64,000 nucleotides of DNA, from positions 6,144,001 through 6,208,000 of the forward strand of contig CBDETY010000003.1 of assembly GCA_965243025.1 (NCBI GenBank). Direction: 5' to 3'. The notes beneath the pieces are model-generated. The model searched no databases. It worked only from the letters and a program-made list of their open reading frames with translations, and was not told the DNA's origin. The stretch comes from Candidatus Latescibacterota bacterium. Lineage in GTDB: Bacteria; Latescibacterota; UBA2968; UBA8231. Positions 20,918-29,699 of this stretch are shown piece after piece. Every line of letters starts with the position of its first letter. Within the stretch, counting starts at the first letter, position 1. The translations under genes and the position numbers were made by a program.

Positions 20918-22195
20918 CTACGGTGTCGTCCCGTCGGGCGCTGCCGCCGCTGCGGACAGGAGGCGGTCGAATCGAGCCCGCAGCCTGGAATCGGCCGCGG
21001 TGAGGGCTCTGCCCGATTCCAGCTTCTCCAATGCCTCTTCGGTCCGTCCCGCCTTGAGCAGACTGACGCCGTAGGAGAGATGGACGTTTGGATCGGCCGG
21101 CCCCAACAGCAGCGCCCGCCGGTAGCAATCCATGGCTTCCCGGCCGCGGTCGAGAAGGTCGAGAGCGGTCCCGAGATTTGCGATTGCCGGCACGAATGTC
21201 GAGTCCGCGGCAATGGCGTCCTCGAAGTAGGGGATCGCTTCCCCGGGGCGCGAGTTCTGCACGAGCAGGCTGCCGATCTGGTTCAGCCGGTGCGGGTCGC
21301 CGGGAGCGAGGGCGGCGGCGCGGGCGAATTTGTCGAGGGCCTCATCCCAGTATCCCCACCGGGAAAAGAAGGCGCCCAGGGCGTAGTGATGAGCCCCATC
21401 CTCCGGGGCGTTCAGGATCGACGAACGCAGCTTCTTCATCTTTTTGTGGATCTCGGGGTCGTTGCCGATCCGTTGCAGGTGTTCGAAGCGTTCGAGCGCC
21501 GAATCGGCGAGGGCGTGGCGCCCCGACCTCCGGGCAAGCACGGAAAGCCGGTAGAGAGCCTCTTCGAAGCCGATATCGAGATCGGCGGCCTGCCGAAAGG
21601 CGGCCATCGCCGCTTCTTCACGTCCGGCTGTCTCCAGGGAGCGCCCGAGGTAGAATGTCAGGGTCGCGTCCCCGGGAAACAGCCCGATCGCCTTGCGGAT
21701 CGCCTCGACAGCAGCCTCGGGACGCCCGCTCCCCAGGTACAACTCGGCGAGACGCCGATGCACCGAGGACCAGTCCGGCCTGAGCTCGAGCGCTTTTTCA
21801 AGACTTACCTCGACGAGATCGAAGCGCCCCAGCTTGGTGTAGAGGCCGCCGAGGTTGAGGTGCCCCAGGGCGAAGTCGGGGTGATGTCTCAGGGCCCGCT
21901 CCAGGGCGTCGATGGCGGGGCGGTAGCGGCCCTGGGAGGCCTCCGCGGTGGCCAGCAGGTTGTTGAGATCAGCGGAGGTCGAATCGAGGGCGAGCCCCGC
22001 TTCAGCCGCTTTAACGGCAGCGGGGAACTTCCCGGCCCGCACTTGCTCCTGCGCCGCCTGCACGTGTTGTCTCAGGAGACCGTTCGACTCCGCTTCCGAA
22101 GTGCGATCACCGGTCTGGCCGCAGCCGGCACAAGCCAGGGCCGCCAGAAGCCGGCTCCCGCAAACCAGTCTGCCCGCCCTCTTTGACGGTGCCAA
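20918..22195 (-). CDS. TPR-repeat lipoprotein
   Basis: Lipobox LAALACAGC; about 9 TPRs; start TTG 22195 or ATG 22261. Confidence 0.8.
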   Translation of the reverse strand: MAPSKRAGRLVCGSRLLAALACAGCGQTGDRTSEAESNGLLRQHVQAAQEQVRAGKFPAAVKAAEAGLALDSTSADLNNLLATAEASQGRYRPAIDALERALRHHPDFALGHLNLGGLYTKLGRFDLVEVSLEKALELRPDWSSVHRRLAELYLGSGRPEAAVEAIRKAIGLFPGDATLTFYLGRSLETAGREEAAMAAFRQAADLDIGFEEALYRLSVLARRSGRHALADSALERFEHLQRIGNDPEIHKKMKKLRSSILNAPEDGAHHYALGAFFSRWGYWDEALDKFARAAALAPGDPHRLNQIGSLLVQNSRPGEAIPYFEDAIAADSTFVPAIANLGTALDLLDRGREAMDCYRRALLLGPADPNVHLSYGVSLLKAGRTEEALEKLESGRALTAADSRLRARFDRLLSAAAAAPDGTTP

Positions 22196-22261
22196 CCGCC
22201 CCCGCCATATTCGAGCGAAATTCACCTTCAGGATCCGGGATATTTCGACGAGCGAGTTCAT

Positions 22262-23128
22262 ATGATTCTCACGACGGCACAGAAGGATCAGTTTGGAGCG
22301 GAGGGGTACGTCGTGGTCAGGAAGGGCCTGCCCGATGTCGATCTGCACCCGGTCATCTCCGAGTACGAGGAGTTCATCGATCGGCGGGCGCGCGAGCTTC
22401 ATGCCGAAGGGAAAATACAGGACCTGCATGCCTCGGAACCATTCGAGCGGCGCCTGATCCATCTGCACCGGCAGTGCGAAGAGATCTACCCCGATCTCGA
22501 TATCATGCACTTGCGGGGCAGGGCGGTGTTCGAGTTCATGCGCAGCGATTCCCTGCTCGATCTGGTCGAACCCCTGATCGGAACCCCCGAAATAACCTGC
22601 AACCCGATTCAGCACCTGCGCCCGAAACTGCCGGCCCGCGATCCGCATGGAAGGGAACACGTCGCCGAATGGCACCAGGATATGGCGGTCATGCTCCCTG
22701 AGGCTGACCCTGTGTTTATCCTGACGGTGTGGATCGCGTTGGCCGAAGCGACCCCCGAAAACGGCTGCATGCAGATAATCCCGGGGGTGCAGGGGAAGGG
22801 ACTTCTGCACAGGTCCAGCGTCACCCTGTCCCCGGAGGAGATGCCGGGGGAAGAGCCGGTGACTCTACCGATGGGGAGGGGAGATGTCCTGCTCATGCAC
22901 AAGGAGATCCCGCACCGGTCCTTCCCCAACACGTCGGACACGGTTCGCTGGAGCATCGATCTTCGTTTCCAGGCCACCGGCACTCCGACCGGCCGGTCGC
23001 ACTGGCCCGACTTCCCGGTGCGCAGTGCAGCCGACCCGTCCGCCGTTCTTACAGACTACGAAACCTGGTCGGGAATGTGGATCGCAGCCCTGGCCGGAGA
23101 AAATACTCCCTCCTATCGCTGGCGGTGA
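22262..23128 (+). CDS. Phytanoyl-CoA dioxygenase family protein
   Basis: FGAEGYVVV, WHQD, VWIAL..ATPENGCM..IPG, HRSFPNTSDTVRWSIDLR. Confidence 0.9.
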   Translation: MILTTAQKDQFGAEGYVVVRKGLPDVDLHPVISEYEEFIDRRARELHAEGKIQDLHASEPFERRLIHLHRQCEEIYPDLDIMHLRGRAVFEFMRSDSLLDLVEPLIGTPEITCNPIQHLRPKLPARDPHGREHVAEWHQDMAVMLPEADPVFILTVWIALAEATPENGCMQIIPGVQGKGLLHRSSVTLSPEEMPGEEPVTLPMGRGDVLLMHKEIPHRSFPNTSDTVRWSIDLRFQATGTPTGRSHWPDFPVRSAADPSAVLTDYETWSGMWIAALAGENTPSYRWR

Positions 23129-23138
23129 GCCCCGGCGG

Positions 23139-24866
23139 CTAATACCCGACAGAGTGCGGGCCTCCCATCCTCAGAATGCGGCTGGGACCGCCTTGTTCGA
23201 TCACCAGCAGTCGTCCCACCGGCACGTCTCTGACCGTATCGACGCTCCCGTCCGGCCAGAACAGCCGCACTTCTTCGACGAGGCTGCTCTCCCCGACCCC
23301 GAAGTGGGCGCGCAGGTCGTTGTGGGCCAGGTAGCTGAATGCCCCGTTGATCGTCCGCCACTGGGTTTGCCCCCCGGCCCGGACGCGCACCCGCGCACCG
23401 GCGCCGTCGCGGTTGCAGGTGCGGGCAACGACCCGCACCGCCAGCCACGACCCCTTTTCCTCACTCCCGTCGCTGCGCAGGAGTGTCGGGGTATCGTTCA
23501 GGTTTACAACGAAGATGTCGAGGTCTCCGTCGTTGTCGTAGTCGCCGAAAGCGGCTCCTCGACTGACCTTCTCTACCGCCATCCCCGGCCCGGCGATATC
23601 CGATACGTCGCGAAAAACCCCTGTTCCGAGGTTTTCGAAAAGCTGGTTGCGCTGACGGTAGGAGCTGCCGCTCTCGACCAGGTCCACCTGGGGATAGACG
23701 TGGCCGTTGGCGACGAACAGGTCGAGGTCCCCGTCGCCGTCCCAGTCGAAAAACCCCGTACCCCATCCCAGCCTGCTCAAGGTTGGAGCCCCGAGCCCGG
23801 AGCGGGCGGTGATGTCCGTAAAGTTGCCCAGGCCGTCGTTGGCGTAGAGGGTGTTCGACTCCTGGAAGAAATGGGTCACGTACAGATCGGGGTCTCCATC
23901 CAGGTCGTAGTCGCCGGCGGCGACTCCCATGCCCGCTTCCTCGTCCCCGTCTTCGTTGTAGGCTACTCCACCCATGACGGCGACATCGGTGAAGGTGCCG
24001 TCTCCCTCGTTGCGGAACAGGACGTTCGGGGTCTCGTCGTTGGCGACGAACAGGTCGGGATCCCCGTCCAGGTCGAAATCCTCGGGAATGACCCCGAGTC
24101 CGTAGTAGCGGTTCGCAGCCCCGACCCCTGAGGATTCTGTCGCGTCCACGAAGCGCTCGCCCTCGTTGCGGTACAGGCGGTCGGGGGCCCCGACCATGCC
24201 CTTCGGACCGCAGTACACGGTAACTCCCCCGAAGAAAGCGCAGCGTTCCTGCTGGGTGGCGAAGTCGGGCATGTCGTCGATATCGAAGACGACGTAATTG
24301 GCGACGTACAGATCGAGGTCGCCGTCGTGGTCGTAGTCGAAGAAAGCGGCGCTGGCGCTGTATTCGCTCCCGGCGGCGCCCAACCCCGCCCGGGCCTCAT
24401 CGAAAATGCCGTTTCCCCGGTTTCTGTAGAACACGTTGGCCCCGTAGTTGGTCAGGTAGAGGTCGGGATCGCCGTCGTTGTCGGTATCGCCGACCGCGCA
24501 TCCCGCACCCCAGCCGGCGTGTCCGACGCCCGCGCGTTCCGTGGCGTCGACAAAGGTGCCGTCTCCGGAGTTTTCGAAAAGGGTGTTTCCCGGCCCAGAG
24601 AGATCCAGGTAGGTTTCGAAGGTCGATCCGTTTACGATGTAAAGGTCGAGATCCCCGTCGCTGTCGCTGTCGAAGAAACCGGCGCCGCTGCCGTGCGCTT
24701 CAAGGATGAAGCGCTTCTCCGCGCCTCCGAAGTCGTTGTGCACGGAAATGCCGGCCTCTTCGGCAACATCGTGGAAGGGCGGGCCGGCATGGGCCGACGC
24801 GGCGAGACAGAAAATGACTGCGAAGTCCAGCGGCGAGGGCGGAATGGGTTTAGTCGACGACGACGT
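23139..24866 (-). CDS. CRTAC1 family protein (FG-GAP + ASPIC/UnbV), probable non-canonical ACG start
   Basis: FG-GAP repeats and UnbV tail; frame open upstream of GTG 24743 through signal peptide FAVIFCLAASAHA; first plausible start is ACG at 24866 with GGAG 6 nt upstream. Confidence 0.85.
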   Translation of the reverse strand, partial: TSSSTKPIPPSPLDFAVIFCLAASAHAGPPFHDVAEEAGISVHNDFGGAEKRFILEAHGSGAGFFDSDSDGDLDLYIVNGSTFETYLDLSGPGNTLFENSGDGTFVDATERAGVGHAGWGAGCAVGDTDNDGDPDLYLTNYGANVFYRNRGNGIFDEARAGLGAAGSEYSASAAFFDYDHDGDLDLYVANYVVFDIDDMPDFATQQERCAFFGGVTVYCGPKGMVGAPDRLYRNEGERFVDATESSGVGAANRYYGLGVIPEDFDLDGDPDLFVANDETPNVLFRNEGDGTFTDVAVMGGVAYNEDGDEEAGMGVAAGDYDLDGDPDLYVTHFFQESNTLYANDGLGNFTDITARSGLGAPTLSRLGWGTGFFDWDGDGDLDLFVANGHVYPQVDLVESGSSYRQRNQLFENLGTGVFRDVSDIAGPGMAVEKVSRGAAFGDYDNDGDLDIFVVNLNDTPTLLRSDGSEEKGSWLAVRVVARTCNRDGAGARVRVRAGGQTQWRTINGAFSYLAHNDLRAHFGVGESSLVEEVRLFWPDGSVDTVRDVPVGRLLVIEQGGPSRILRMGGPHSVGY

Positions 24867-25701
24867 ATTCGTCTCCGGTCAATTGGTAGAGCGCCTGCCT
24901 CGCCGCTTCGCTGTCCGGGCCATCGCGCGTTTTCAGCACGTCGACGAGATCGTCGACGGCCTGCAGGTCTCCAAGCATGGCCAGGGCATTGGCCGCTTCG
25001 GCTCGTACCCACACACTGGAGTCGAGAAGGGCAAGTCGAAGGCCGGGAGCGGCCCGGTCGACGAAGCGGTTTCCCAGGAGCTGAGCGGCGATGTAGCGGA
25101 CCCTCTCGTCCTCGTCGCCCAGCGCTCCTATCGCCGCATCCTCGGCCGCATCGGTCCAGCGGCGGTGCAGACCGGCCAGAGCGTGGCGGCGGACCACGGC
25201 GGCGGTGTCGGACAGGGATTCGACAAGGTCGGGTACGACGGTCGTGTCGCGCAGGTTCGCCAGGCTTTCCACGGCCGCGCCGCGAACGATGGCCGACGGT
25301 TCCGTCCGCAATATTGCGGCGATCGGCTCCGCGAGATCCGGCATGTCCATCATCCCCAGCGCGAGAACTGCTTCCTTCCGGATGTGGGCGTTGTCGTTCT
25401 TCGCCGCTTCGAGGAGGAAGGGGACGGCCCGGCCGTCGCCGATGCGTCCGAAGATCTGGGCCGCTATGTACTGCAGGCTGTCAGAGCCCGTGCGAGCTGC
25501 CTCGAGCAGTGGCGGGACTGCGGCGGAGCCGATGTCGATCAGCTCGTAGCTTGCTTCGAGGCGGACCTGGGAATCGGAATCGGAGAGGCGGTCGACATGG
25601 TCTTCGGTGAGCATCTCGCCACACCCCGACAATGCAAACAGGCCCGGAACCGCGATCGATTTCACCGCGGTGCGGGCCTGTATCGCGAAACGGGACTGCA
25701 T
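24850..25701 (-). CDS. HEAT-repeat lipoprotein
   Basis: Lipobox LSGC; repeats of L.D....VR..AA..LG. Confidence 0.85.
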   Translation of the reverse strand: MQSRFAIQARTAVKSIAVPGLFALSGCGEMLTEDHVDRLSDSDSQVRLEASYELIDIGSAAVPPLLEAARTGSDSLQYIAAQIFGRIGDGRAVPFLLEAAKNDNAHIRKEAVLALGMMDMPDLAEPIAAILRTEPSAIVRGAAVESLANLRDTTVVPDLVESLSDTAAVVRRHALAGLHRRWTDAAEDAAIGALGDEDERVRYIAAQLLGNRFVDRAAPGLRLALLDSSVWVRAEAANALAMLGDLQAVDDLVDVLKTRDGPDSEAARQALYQLTGDEYVVVD

Positions 25702-25707
25702 TGCGGC

Positions 25708-26895
25708 TCAATTTACCATCTGCATCAGCCGCTGTGTCATCCCGCCTTCCTGGGTGAGGGCGTAAACAATGATGTTGACCGCCATCTGCAGCTGACGGGT
25801 GGCGTCGCCGCTGGCTATGTGATTGCGCCAGCCCCAGCCCTGCCTGGAGGAAACGCCTGCCAGACGGCCCTTGATGTAATAGCCGTGCATTACGTTCCAG
25901 CTGTGCACTCCCTGCTTCCCGCTTCCCAGCGAGGGGCTGTATCCGGCCGGCACCCCACCCCTGAGATCGAAAAAGGCTGAGAACACGGGATGGTCGTTGG
26001 GCAGTCGCTCGGACCAGAAGTCTCTGCCCGAAACCAGGCCGCCGTACTTCTCGAGCGCTTCGCCCCAGGTGCCGCCGAACAGGAACCCGCCCGCCAGCAT
26101 GTACCGGCACAGGGCCTCGAGCTCGCTCTCGTTGGGGGTGCCGAGGGGAATCAGGATCGGCACCTCCATAATGCGCTGGTCGTCGTACATGATGGTACCG
26201 AGGAACTCGGCCTTGATTCCGGTGTACTCGTTCAGCATGTCGCGCAGGATGTCGATGTCGAGGACGCGAATGCTTCCCCAGCCGACCTGTCCGGCAGCTA
26301 CGGAGCGGCTCGACATTACCTGCGCCATCTTTACGAATCCGCTGATCGCCTGGCGGTCGTTCGGATCCTGGATGACCATGGCTCGATAACGGCCCGTGTC
26401 CATGGTAGTTACGTCCAGCATTTCGAGGGCCATGTCGATCCTGTTCTCCGGAGCACGTGTGCCGGTAAGTGATCCGGGAGCGAATGTCCGCGGTTCCAGG
26501 TTGAGCATGGATACGGCCGAACTGCGCGTGAAGTTCACGCTGGGATTGGCGACCTGTCCCAGCACCGCCCCGGTGTTGAACGCAGCCGTAGCCTGGACCT
26601 GATCCATTCTCGCCGCCGCCAGCTTGACCTCGCGTTTGACCATCTGTCGTTTGGGTTGCGGCAGTTTTCGCAGTTCGAGCGGTTTGGTCAGCCGCGGCTC
26701 GCGTTTTATGAACTTCGTCGTCAGCGGCTTGGGTGCCTTGGCCGCCTGTTCTCGAAACGGGTCGATGGCGACGATAACCAGATGCAACAGGACGGCGAGG
26801 CCGAGGCTGGCGACGAAGACCTTGCGCAAACGTGCCAACAGTTCATCCGGTTCGAATCCCGAGGTGGGTGATGCAAAGCGGGAAGACTCGCTCAT
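25708..26895 (-). CDS. Membrane-anchored DUF4159-like protein (paralog A)
   Basis: N-terminal TM with AxxxH, Lys/Pro-rich linker, C-terminal E..AL..Y...GGF, LPNDHPVFSAFFD, MAVNIIVYALT. Confidence 0.75.
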   Translation of the reverse strand: MSESSRFASPTSGFEPDELLARLRKVFVASLGLAVLLHLVIVAIDPFREQAAKAPKPLTTKFIKREPRLTKPLELRKLPQPKRQMVKREVKLAAARMDQVQATAAFNTGAVLGQVANPSVNFTRSSAVSMLNLEPRTFAPGSLTGTRAPENRIDMALEMLDVTTMDTGRYRAMVIQDPNDRQAISGFVKMAQVMSSRSVAAGQVGWGSIRVLDIDILRDMLNEYTGIKAEFLGTIMYDDQRIMEVPILIPLGTPNESELEALCRYMLAGGFLFGGTWGEALEKYGGLVSGRDFWSERLPNDHPVFSAFFDLRGGVPAGYSPSLGSGKQGVHSWNVMHGYYIKGRLAGVSSRQGWGWRNHIASGDATRQLQMAVNIIVYALTQEGGMTQRLMQMVN

Positions 26896-27038
26896 GAATA
26901 ACCTGCCTGTCCCTTGTGGAATGTTTCAGCGGACCGGGAATGGGCCGCCGAGCATAAGGGCCCAACCGCTTCCCGGGTGGAGAATAGGATAAACTTACTC
27001 AACGCGAAAACCAACCTCCTTGCGGCTGTGCAACGGAG

Positions 27039-28088
27039 TCAGGGGATCCAGGTTCGAGCAGGTCGGCGTTTCTTCGAAAAAACGCGATCGCCCACCTCAA
27101 AACCCGCTCCCCTCTTCCGCAGCCATTTCTCGATCTTGCGGCTTTTGGCGGTTGAAAAGAGCGAATCGCACTCGGTGACCTCGATTTCTCCTACCTTCTT
27201 CGTCTCCCCCACCCGGGAGCGCGTGACCTTGAGACGCATTTTCGGAATCGCTCCGTGTCGGAATCCGATGTCGAGGGTCAGCTTCGGCTTGCCCCTCTCA
27301 TTCGTCGGCTCGATCTCCAGGATTTTCCCTGCGAGCGGGAGGTGGCCGTCGAGCTCGCCGAAACTGGACGCTACAGCGCTTTTCAACAGCGATCGAATGG
27401 TTTCGAGGTCGTCCCGGGTCCGGGACACGAACCACCGGTCGGACACATCGAGCATGCGGTCGGCTTGAGGATTACCCAGGCGCAGGCGGGTCAAACCGGA
27501 GTGGTAGCGGTGCAACAGGTCGGGATGGGTGACGCCCGGATATCTGTCCGTGTTGTATAGAAAGACCTGCTTGTCGTAGGGCACGATGGCCGTACTGTCG
27601 ATGATGGAGGACCATATCACGCGATCCCCGGAGTCGCTCAACTCCATCCCGAGCTGGACCACGGCACTCGGCTCGGAGACCACTTCATACGGGAAGTCCT
27701 GCTCCACCTGGGGCTGCACGACGGCGCGAAACAGGTCTCCTTCGCGGAAGTAGAAAACCCGGTTGCGGTATGACTTGCCGGATTTGTGCAAGGTGACCAC
27801 AAGCACGAAATCGAGCGCATTCCTTGCCATTCCACGGGCGCGGGTCTCCTGCAGGTTGAAGACTTTGCAGCGTCCCGTAGCATCGAGCAGTGCACGCACA
27901 TGCCGGGTGAGATCGTCGATTATTATTGGATGAACGCGAAGCAGGTGCGGTGGGAGCTGCTCGGGCAGCAGCTGGTCTTCGACGATGACGCCAACGGCAT
28001 AGGTTTCAGGTTGTCCCCCCGACCGGGACGCAGACAGCAACAGCAGGACGGCGATGACTGCGGCTAGCATACAAGGCGCCATAACCAT
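27039..28088 (-). CDS. Exported hypothetical protein with FlgT C-terminal-like domain
   Basis: Signal peptide; C-terminal GKILEI...LDIGFRHG...VGEIEV..CDSLFSTAK...VGDRV resembles FlgT_C; start may be ATG 28070. Confidence 0.6.
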   Translation of the reverse strand: MVMAPCMLAAVIAVLLLLSASRSGGQPETYAVGVIVEDQLLPEQLPPHLLRVHPIIIDDLTRHVRALLDATGRCKVFNLQETRARGMARNALDFVLVVTLHKSGKSYRNRVFYFREGDLFRAVVQPQVEQDFPYEVVSEPSAVVQLGMELSDSGDRVIWSSIIDSTAIVPYDKQVFLYNTDRYPGVTHPDLLHRYHSGLTRLRLGNPQADRMLDVSDRWFVSRTRDDLETIRSLLKSAVASSFGELDGHLPLAGKILEIEPTNERGKPKLTLDIGFRHGAIPKMRLKVTRSRVGETKKVGEIEVTECDSLFSTAKSRKIEKWLRKRGAGFEVGDRVFSKKRRPARTWIP

Positions 28089-28239
28089 ATGTTTTTATTG
28101 GTCTTGCGGAAAGAAACCAGATCGGGGGGATTCCGGCAAGTATACGAAGCGAGGGGAAAAACACAACCTGCCCGAATTGAAGACTGGTGTGTGTGGAAGG
28201 TCATCACGAGGCCGGGCGATGAGAGCGAAGTTGACGAAG

Positions 28240-28268
28240 TTGACATGGTGGGACCAGTTTCGTATATT
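28240..28268 (+). promoter_or_regulatory. Near-consensus sigma70 promoter of the CBM9-like gene
   Basis: TTGACA (28240-45)-N17-TATATT (28263-68). Confidence 0.7.
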
Positions 28269-28395
28269 CAAAGTTTGTATTCAAATCGGAAGTCGGCCTG
28301 GCCTATGGTGCCGCTCCGCAGCAGGCAACAGTTCAGCCTGTTGATATCCACAAGCTGCCGTCATTAACCACGCAAACACGAGGAGTGAAGAAAAA

Positions 28396-29358
28396 ATGAC
28401 GAAGCGAATTACCGCAGTCCTCGCGGCAGGAGTGCTTGTGATCTCCGCCGGAGCCCTCTTCGCCCAGGAAGTTCCGGAGCGTATCAGGGACATCCCCCGA
28501 TTCGAGGTCCAGCCCGTTCTCGACGGGGACCGGTTCAGCCACACCGACGAGTGGACCGGAGCCTATCACTACGAGTGCTCCATCAGCCAGATTCTGCGAG
28601 AAGGAGCCGAGTACGGGTGGCGTGACGTGGAACTGCAGCGAGGAGAGATCAGCGCCAATCAGCTCAACCAGAGCGAGGGTGAGGACGGTGCCGAGGCCCT
28701 GACCGATGCCGACGTTTCCGGGAACATCTGGCACGGGTGGGACGAGGAAGCCTTTTTCTACATTGCAGAAGTAAGGGACAACGTCCGCGACGTGGTGGGC
28801 GGCGGCGGAAACCCGGTCGCATGGTGGGAGCGCGACAGCATCTCTCTCTACCTCGACGTCCTGAACGAGAAGACCGGCGGCGACATCACCGGAGAGTATA
28901 TCAACCTCAACATCGTCAACTTCGTGGCCGCGCCGATGAACTCGAGCGAGGTCACCCGGACGCTCGAGAACACGGTCCAGGGAGGCCGGGAGCAGACGCA
29001 GGATCCCGACCTGATGGAAGGCCTCGAATACGGCTGGCAGGACCGCGGCGACGAGTACGGCGGCGAAGCGGACTACTCGCTCGAGGGCAAGATCTCCTGG
29101 TCGACCCTGGTGCGGGCGGGAAACCTGCCCCAGGCCCCGAGCGTGGGCTCCGAGATGGGCTTTTCCTGGATCATCCTCGATCCGGACGGCGACGAGGCCT
29201 ACGGAGGCCAGATCCTCTGTGAAGGCTGGGCCTCCGAAGCCGCCAACTACGCGACGATGATCTTCACCGACAATCGCGTAGGCCCCGCGGAAGGAACCGT
29301 TACTGCAGTCGAATCCGATTCCTGGGCGCGAATCAAGGCCAGCTTCGATCGTCAGTAG
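28396..29358 (+). CDS. Secreted CBM9/DOMON-like sugar-binding protein with C-terminal TAVExxSWxxIK tail
   Basis: GAGGAG RBS; signal peptide ending ALFA-Q; PVLDG..EW, WDEEAFF..EVRD, DSISLYLD, YSLEGKISW, GFSW..DPD. Confidence 0.8.
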   Translation: MTKRITAVLAAGVLVISAGALFAQEVPERIRDIPRFEVQPVLDGDRFSHTDEWTGAYHYECSISQILREGAEYGWRDVELQRGEISANQLNQSEGEDGAEALTDADVSGNIWHGWDEEAFFYIAEVRDNVRDVVGGGGNPVAWWERDSISLYLDVLNEKTGGDITGEYINLNIVNFVAAPMNSSEVTRTLENTVQGGREQTQDPDLMEGLEYGWQDRGDEYGGEADYSLEGKISWSTLVRAGNLPQAPSVGSEMGFSWIILDPDGDEAYGGQILCEGWASEAANYATMIFTDNRVGPAEGTVTAVESDSWARIKASFDRQ

Positions 29359-29394
29359 CAGACAGTTCCTTCAGTCCGGATTCGTCCGGTTTTC

Positions 29395-29429
29395 AGGGCC
29401 TTCCCCTCGCGCGGGGGAAGGCCCTTTTT
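29395..29429 (+). terminator. Strong intrinsic terminator
   Basis: AGGGCCTTCCCC-TCGCGCG-GGGGAAGGCCCT followed by TTTT. Confidence 0.9.
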
Positions 29430-29490
29430 CTTGCTTTTATCTCCCCGGGGAGCTGACTGGCCGCTGGATTCCACGAGCCCGAATTTCCGG

Positions 29491-29519
29491 TTGACTGGCT
29501 ATCCCCGGCGGGTTACTTT
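29491..29519 (+). promoter_or_regulatory. Putative sigma70 promoter of the large operon
   Basis: TTGACT-N17-TACTTT about 180 nt before ATG 29700. Confidence 0.55.
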
Positions 29520-29699
29520 TCCGCGACTTGCGGACCCGAATGAGGGTGTTTTCCGAATTGTGAAACCACCATTTTCCGTCGACCGTTGCCCGGCAACGGG
29601 TAACGGCATTTTACCGGTTTGGTTCTGTGATCGCAGTTTGCGGCGGATGGGCCCTGCCTTGAGTTCCCCCCGCCGTCGCTAGTTCTGAAAGGGACAAGC

